A stretch of 64,000 bases of DNA from Thermodesulfobacteriota bacterium (lineage in GTDB: Bacteria > Desulfobacterota > Desulfarculia > JACQYL01): positions 160,001 through 224,000 of the forward strand of contig CAXXLZ010000002.1 in assembly GCA_963675595.2 (NCBI GenBank), read 5' to 3'. Under the pieces are notes generated by a model. The model searched no databases. It was not told the DNA's origin and saw only the letters and a list, made by a program, of their open reading frames with translations. Below, in pieces: positions 59,582-64,000 of the stretch (positions within the stretch are counted from its first letter, which is position 1; every line of letters begins with the position of its first letter). Position numbers and translations under genes: made by a program.

Positions 59582-59941
59582 ATGAGAAAGGAAATCCCGT
59601 TCCAGGTTCGGCCTGCCGGTGAATTCACCCTGGACACCCGAAAGATGCAGGTCCCGGATTTCGTAGACGCTTTCTTGAGCCCCGCAGTCGATACGGTCCG
59701 GGAAATGATCCGTGATGGAAAGCTCAAATCCGTTGCCGCTGCCATTGACGCCTTCACGGATTTGGTGGACGAGGAATTTACCTACTTCCTCCGGCACAAC
59801 GAGGCCGAGACCAAGGAAGAAGTGCTGGAATGGCTCATGGAGTCGGTGGTGGGGGGATATATGAGTCACTTCCTGAAGACGGCCGCTAATAAGGCCTTTG
59901 AGGTTCCCGAAAAGCCGATGAGCGAGGGCGCGGCCGAGTAA
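59582..59941 (+). CDS. Hypothetical protein
   Basis: 119-aa ORF with RBS GGAGGAG directly after carB. Confidence 0.7.
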   Translation: MRKEIPFQVRPAGEFTLDTRKMQVPDFVDAFLSPAVDTVREMIRDGKLKSVAAAIDAFTDLVDEEFTYFLRHNEAETKEEVLEWLMESVVGGYMSHFLKTAANKAFEVPEKPMSEGAAE

Positions 59942-60113
59942 CGCTTCCCCGGACGGGATCCGGCGGAATTGCGGATCCGTCCTCCCTCGGGAGTCCGTGA
60001 TCACGAGCCCACGGTTTTCCGAGCCTCTCCTGTCCCACCCGGGACGTTTTTCGACGAGAAAGCGGGAAACGAATCCACAGCCGTCCGGCTGCGGCCTTTT
60101 TCGTGTGTATTGT

Positions 60114-61169
60114 TCAGGTTTGTACGTTGGAACAGATGGCGGAACAGATGGCGGGCAGGGTATTGGAGCCGTTGGAGCTCTCCTTGTGAAGCACCGACGG
60201 AGTAAACTTGTTGCGCACTTTTAGATGCCATTTGGAAAAGTCGAAGGGACGGGCGCTGTTGGCCAAATCGACGCACCGAAAGTCGTGAATCCGGCCTCGG
60301 TTGTATACCGTGAAATGCTGGTCGGCCACCGGCGGCAAGGTATACTTACAGGGAGAAATCTGGCCTTTCCAATTGACGAAAATATGTTCAATGGGATTGA
60401 ACAGGCAATGTCCCTCGTTTTCCGCCTGAACCAAATCAACGCCCTCTTCCCGGGCTATCTCCTCCAATTCAGTGTCGATGCGACGCATTTCTTCGTCGGG
60501 AATGTCTCCCGGTAAAACGCCCGCCTCATCGATTTCGCGAACGTGGAATCCCGGCTGCGACAGTTGGACCTGGACGGGCTTGAATTGGCCCGCCAACTCG
60601 ATATAGTCCTGAAGTCTATGCAGGGTGAATCGGTTCTTGGTAAACTGGAGCCGAATCTTGGGGAAATTCGTCCCGTGATTCAGCTTCCAGAGACAGACCC
60701 GTGCGATGTTGAAAAGCACGGTGTTGAAGCGGCGGCCGGGATGCTGGTTTTCGAATACGCGGGCATCGCCGCATCCCATACGGAACTCAAGGAGGTGCAC
60801 CAACGGCAGCAGTTCTTCAGGGAAGGGCACGATGCCGTTGGTGGAAACCACCACCCTCACTCGGGCGGTTTGTATCGCATGAAGCATTTCCGGAAAACGG
60901 GGATGCATCAGGGGCTCTCCCCAACCCCGGAAATAAATGGTCTCGAAACGGGCGGCGTGGTGGAGGATGTGATTGAAGCGGACCCGCGACATGTCCGAAT
61001 GCACCCAGGTATCTTCAAAAACCACTCGGGCGCACGGAGGACATCTCAGGTTGCATCTTGTGGTGACTTCAAGTTCTAGAACGTTTCCCCGCCGGATATC
61101 CGCCTGCAGGGGTCCTTTCGGGGTATTTGAGGTGTCCAGGATGCCTTCTTGCGAGTGCGGCTGGTTCAT
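60114..61169 (-). CDS. Radical SAM protein with SPASM/twitch-like C-terminus
   Basis: LEVTTRCNLRCPPC, GWGEPLMHP, STNG, C..P...FVNWKGQISPC, C-terminal CSAIC; start uncertain. Confidence 0.8.
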   Translation of the reverse strand: MNQPHSQEGILDTSNTPKGPLQADIRRGNVLELEVTTRCNLRCPPCARVVFEDTWVHSDMSRVRFNHILHHAARFETIYFRGWGEPLMHPRFPEMLHAIQTARVRVVVSTNGIVPFPEELLPLVHLLEFRMGCGDARVFENQHPGRRFNTVLFNIARVCLWKLNHGTNFPKIRLQFTKNRFTLHRLQDYIELAGQFKPVQVQLSQPGFHVREIDEAGVLPGDIPDEEMRRIDTELEEIAREEGVDLVQAENEGHCLFNPIEHIFVNWKGQISPCKYTLPPVADQHFTVYNRGRIHDFRCVDLANSARPFDFSKWHLKVRNKFTPSVLHKESSNGSNTLPAICSAICSNVQT

Positions 61170-61498
61170 CAGCAACCCAAGGGCCTTCACGGCCGATTTT
61201 GGATGGTACCATCGGTAACTTGATTACACTATACGCACAGAAAAACGGCGGTCAACGGAATTCGAACCGGAGCACTCCGTTGTGCGAAGCAACCGGCATG
61301 CTCCGGTCGGTAAATCCATTCGACGACGAACACGATTCCGATCCGGATCGGTTCCCGACCGACGGTCGAGTATCGACCACCACAAGAAAAAAATCAAGAA
61401 ATGCCGGAACCGTAACGTCGGTTTCCACATCATGAATCTCCGAATCGAGAGCGTCCACAGGAATCGTCTCCGACGCATGGAAGGAAATCGAGGGGAAC

Positions 61499-61768
61499 AT
61501 GAAACCGGAACAGTTGTTGGCCCTCATGGAAGAAACCGCGACCAAGGCGGGCGTCGAGGTCCGTTACGACTCTCTCGACTGCGACGACCTCCGTGTGAAG
61601 GACGGAATATGCCGATTCGGAGACCGCCTGATCCTTTTCATTCACAAGTCCCGGTCCGCCACGCAACGCGTCGAGATTATCCGTAGCGCTCTAAGGGGGC
61701 GCGACTTAACCGGAATCTATCTGAAGCCCGCCGTACGAATGTTGCTGGAAGAAAGGGAAGAGGACTGA
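61499..61768 (+). CDS. Hypothetical protein
   Basis: 89-aa ORF with RBS GAGGGG; GGxC-like DGICR and IYLKPAVR motifs. Confidence 0.7.
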   Translation: MKPEQLLALMEETATKAGVEVRYDSLDCDDLRVKDGICRFGDRLILFIHKSRSATQRVEIIRSALRGRDLTGIYLKPAVRMLLEEREED

Positions 61769-62015
61769 ACTCGTGCCGCCTTCCGGCGAGAACGGACCGG
61801 CACGCGGGACAGCCCCCCAAGCCGAGGCGATTTCGGCCCAACAAATAATCGTCTATACAACCAACCGAACACACGCTATTCTATTGGGAACCCCGATCGG
61901 TATGGCGGCTACGATCGACGCCGCCGATACATACGCATTCCACATCAAGCGCCTCCGCTCCGGTGACCCGCCGTCCCGATCAAACCGTCGACTCTAAGCA
62001 AAACGGGAGGACCCA

Positions 62016-62483
62016 ATGGGTGAAGTGGTTCACACCTCACGAGTGAGCATTGTCCGCGAGAAAGGCCCGACTCGGCGAGCCATGGTGGAAGGTTTCGCCG
62101 ACCCAGTCTATTACGGAATTCACGGTGGGATTAAGCGCTTCTACAAGATCGAACCGCAGGAGGAACACGCAGCCACGCTCGACCACATCGTAGCCGCAAC
62201 TTCCGCCTGAATGATGTGCACACTGGCCGCGGAGCCGGCCGGAAAGAAAATCCGCACCCCCGAAAACGTCTACCGGGCGGATGTGGAAGGGGATATTGAA
62301 GATGTGAACGGTGTCCTGAAAATCACCCGCATCCGAGTGACCTACCACCTCAAGGTCCCGCCGGAGAAATCGCGGGATGCGGAAGACGCGTTCGCGAACT
62401 ACATCAAGTCTTGTCCCGCAGCGCAAAGCGTCATCGGCTGCATCGACATCAAAGACGAGCTCATTTTGGAGGGCGTCGCCTGA
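62016..62483 (+). CDS. OsmC-like probable selenoprotein (Sec at TGA 62208-62210)
   Basis: Two same-frame ORFs joined by a single TGA at the position of the first OsmC Cys (AATSA-U-MM); second Cys in SCPAAQS; hairpin downstream of the TGA. Confidence 0.85.
62223..62242 (+). promoter_or_regulatory. Bacterial SECIS-like hairpin
   Basis: CTGGCCG-CGGAGC-CGGCCGG starting 12 nt after the UGA; G-containing apical loop. Confidence 0.65.
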
Positions 62484-62556
62484 AAACAAAGGGTTCAAGC
62501 GAGGAACGCACCCGAGCAGATCCTCGCATGAACCCTGTGGTCGAAAGCGTCCTTTC

Positions 62557-62979
62557 TCAGCGGCTTTTATTCGGAATGTTGTTCACCACCATGATTTCCG
62601 CTTCCCCATAAAACCCTACGGGCGGCTCATCGGACGTCGTGCCCACCAGTTGGAGCAAGTTGGGTTCGCCGATGACGAGGGGCAAATCCTTGATCTCCTC
62701 GATGAGGAACTTGGCCACGAAATTCCCCTGGTTATCCGCCTTCCAGGAATCGATGGCCACCCCATTGAGAAGTACGCTGTGAGCGTCCACATCGCCGTAG
62801 CTGATGTCCGTGTGTACGGTGACGACTTCCCCTTGGCTCTGCAGGTTCAGTGTATTAGGGGCCACGTCGATGAGAATTTCAAACGCGTGAGCCGCCACCG
62901 GCGCCAGAATCAGGGCCGCCGCCAAAAAGAAGGCAAAAAGTCCGTGCACGTTCCGCAAACTGCGTTTTCCGGAAAACAT
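62557..62979 (-). CDS. Secreted hypothetical protein
   Basis: RBS AAGGAG, signal peptide ending AHA, IDVAPNTLNLQSQG Ig-like start. Confidence 0.75.
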   Translation of the reverse strand: MFSGKRSLRNVHGLFAFFLAAALILAPVAAHAFEILIDVAPNTLNLQSQGEVVTVHTDISYGDVDAHSVLLNGVAIDSWKADNQGNFVAKFLIEEIKDLPLVIGEPNLLQLVGTTSDEPPVGFYGEAEIMVVNNIPNKSR

Positions 62980-63049
62980 CACTAGATCTCCTTTTCCATT
63001 ACCGTTTCCCCCTGAAGCTTCCAGCCAGACTATGTCTACAATGTATTCA

Positions 63050-63471
63050 AGTATACACCCCCCAACCTGGAAAGGCAATGCGATATTGGGAGTTACAATC
63101 CTCGGCAACCGAACGATTCCCCTGTCGAACGCGGAATCGCCCTGGAAAACGGGGCCAACGCCGGACTCCGGGCACCCGTCATCACCGCGGCGGATTCCAA
63201 TGCCGTTCAAGGAACCGCGAGCCCTCTCTTGGCCTATGTTCAGATATATTCGGATGATTCGAACGAAGGCCAGACCTACCACGGTCAAGCGATCGTGAAT
63301 CATACCACCAATACATGGCAATATACCGGCGTGGTGACGGGACCCAACGTCACCGCCCTGGGTTTCGACGGATCGAGCAACACCTCGGAGTTCTCCTCTC
63401 CTTTCAAAGTCGATGATTTCGATGTCTTTCTCATACTTCCGGCCATAATCAAAGCGGCGAAAACCAAATGA
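63050..63471 (+). pseudogene. C-terminal fragment of a beta-helix surface protein
   Basis: Frame reads GIALENGANAGLRAPVIT...VQIYSDD..EG..Y.G...NTSEFS; no N-terminus or signal peptide; probable frameshift near 63115. Confidence 0.55.
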
Positions 63472-63629
63472 GCCGAACTTTCCGGCGCTTCGGGGCGTAC
63501 GGCCGTAAGCTCTCCGTTTACAAACCAACGACGGGACGGGTACGAGTAAGAACGTGTCGGTCCGCCCCGCCTCCGGAGAATCTCGTTGACGACCCGAACG
63601 GCTTGTGATACCTGGATTTTTCAGCCCGT

Positions 63630-63706
63630 GCCCTCGTAGCTCAGGAGGATAGAGCACCAGATTCCTAATCTGGGTGCCGCAGGTTCGAGTCCTGCCGGGG
63701 GCACCA
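63630..63706 (+). tRNA. tRNA-Arg(CCT)
   Basis: Acceptor GCCCTCG/CGGGGGC, D arm, anticodon arm CCAGA-TTCCTAA-TCTGG, T loop GTTCGAGTC, encoded CCA. Confidence 0.97.
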
Positions 63707-64000
63707 ATAAAATCAATGAGTTAGCGAAAACAAACCGGAAGAAGCTTTTACCGGGTAAGCAATAGGTAAGCAAAGCAGGCGATTTCGAAACAGGAAACAT
63801 CCCTCTCCCCGTCATTCCGAAACCTTCACTCTTTCCCCGACCTCAACCCCGGAAGATTGATCCATCCATGAACTAGGGTACGGATTGCGTATCCACTCTG
63901 CCGATGTCCCACGGATCGGCCGACCTTTCACGGCCCCCCCCAAAAGACTTTCTCTTTGATTCGCAAGACAAGACAACGCCCCCAAGTCCGTTCCGCTGAA

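Noticed and set aside
62980-63657. N-terminal part of the 366-aa minus-strand ORF
   Set aside because: Overlaps the tRNA and the plus-strand fragment; the real start with RBS and signal peptide is near 62979

Overview
A GC-rich bacterial window, by inference from a deltaproteobacterium (Desulfobacterota-like). Housekeeping and metabolic genes are phoU, trxC, an Amt-family transporter, waaA, carAB, an enoyl-CoA hydratase/acyl-CoA ligase/KamA-like trio, FapA and tRNA-Arg(CCT). A large accessory stretch runs from about 10 to 45 kb. Main signals: (1) an orphan pyrrolysyl-tRNA synthetase catalytic-domain gene and an OsmC-like gene split by an in-frame UGA with a SECIS-like hairpin, suggesting both Pyl and Sec coding; (2) a family of palindromic repeats with ATTCAC/GTGAAT ends that closely bracket single accessory genes; (3) two apparently identical 2,024-nt group II introns, each inserted exactly 4 nt outside such a repeat end; (4) a ~359-bp tandem REPIN-like array that amplified a toxin-antitoxin gene junction; (5) a lower-GC island with an IS701-like element (CTAG target duplication), a signal-peptide-bearing phage tail-collar protein and an Avs-like nuclease-STAND NTPase; (6) a c-di-GMP-I riboswitch upstream of a PEP-CTERM-type surface protein. 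Family assignments come from motif recognition by eye; no searches were run.
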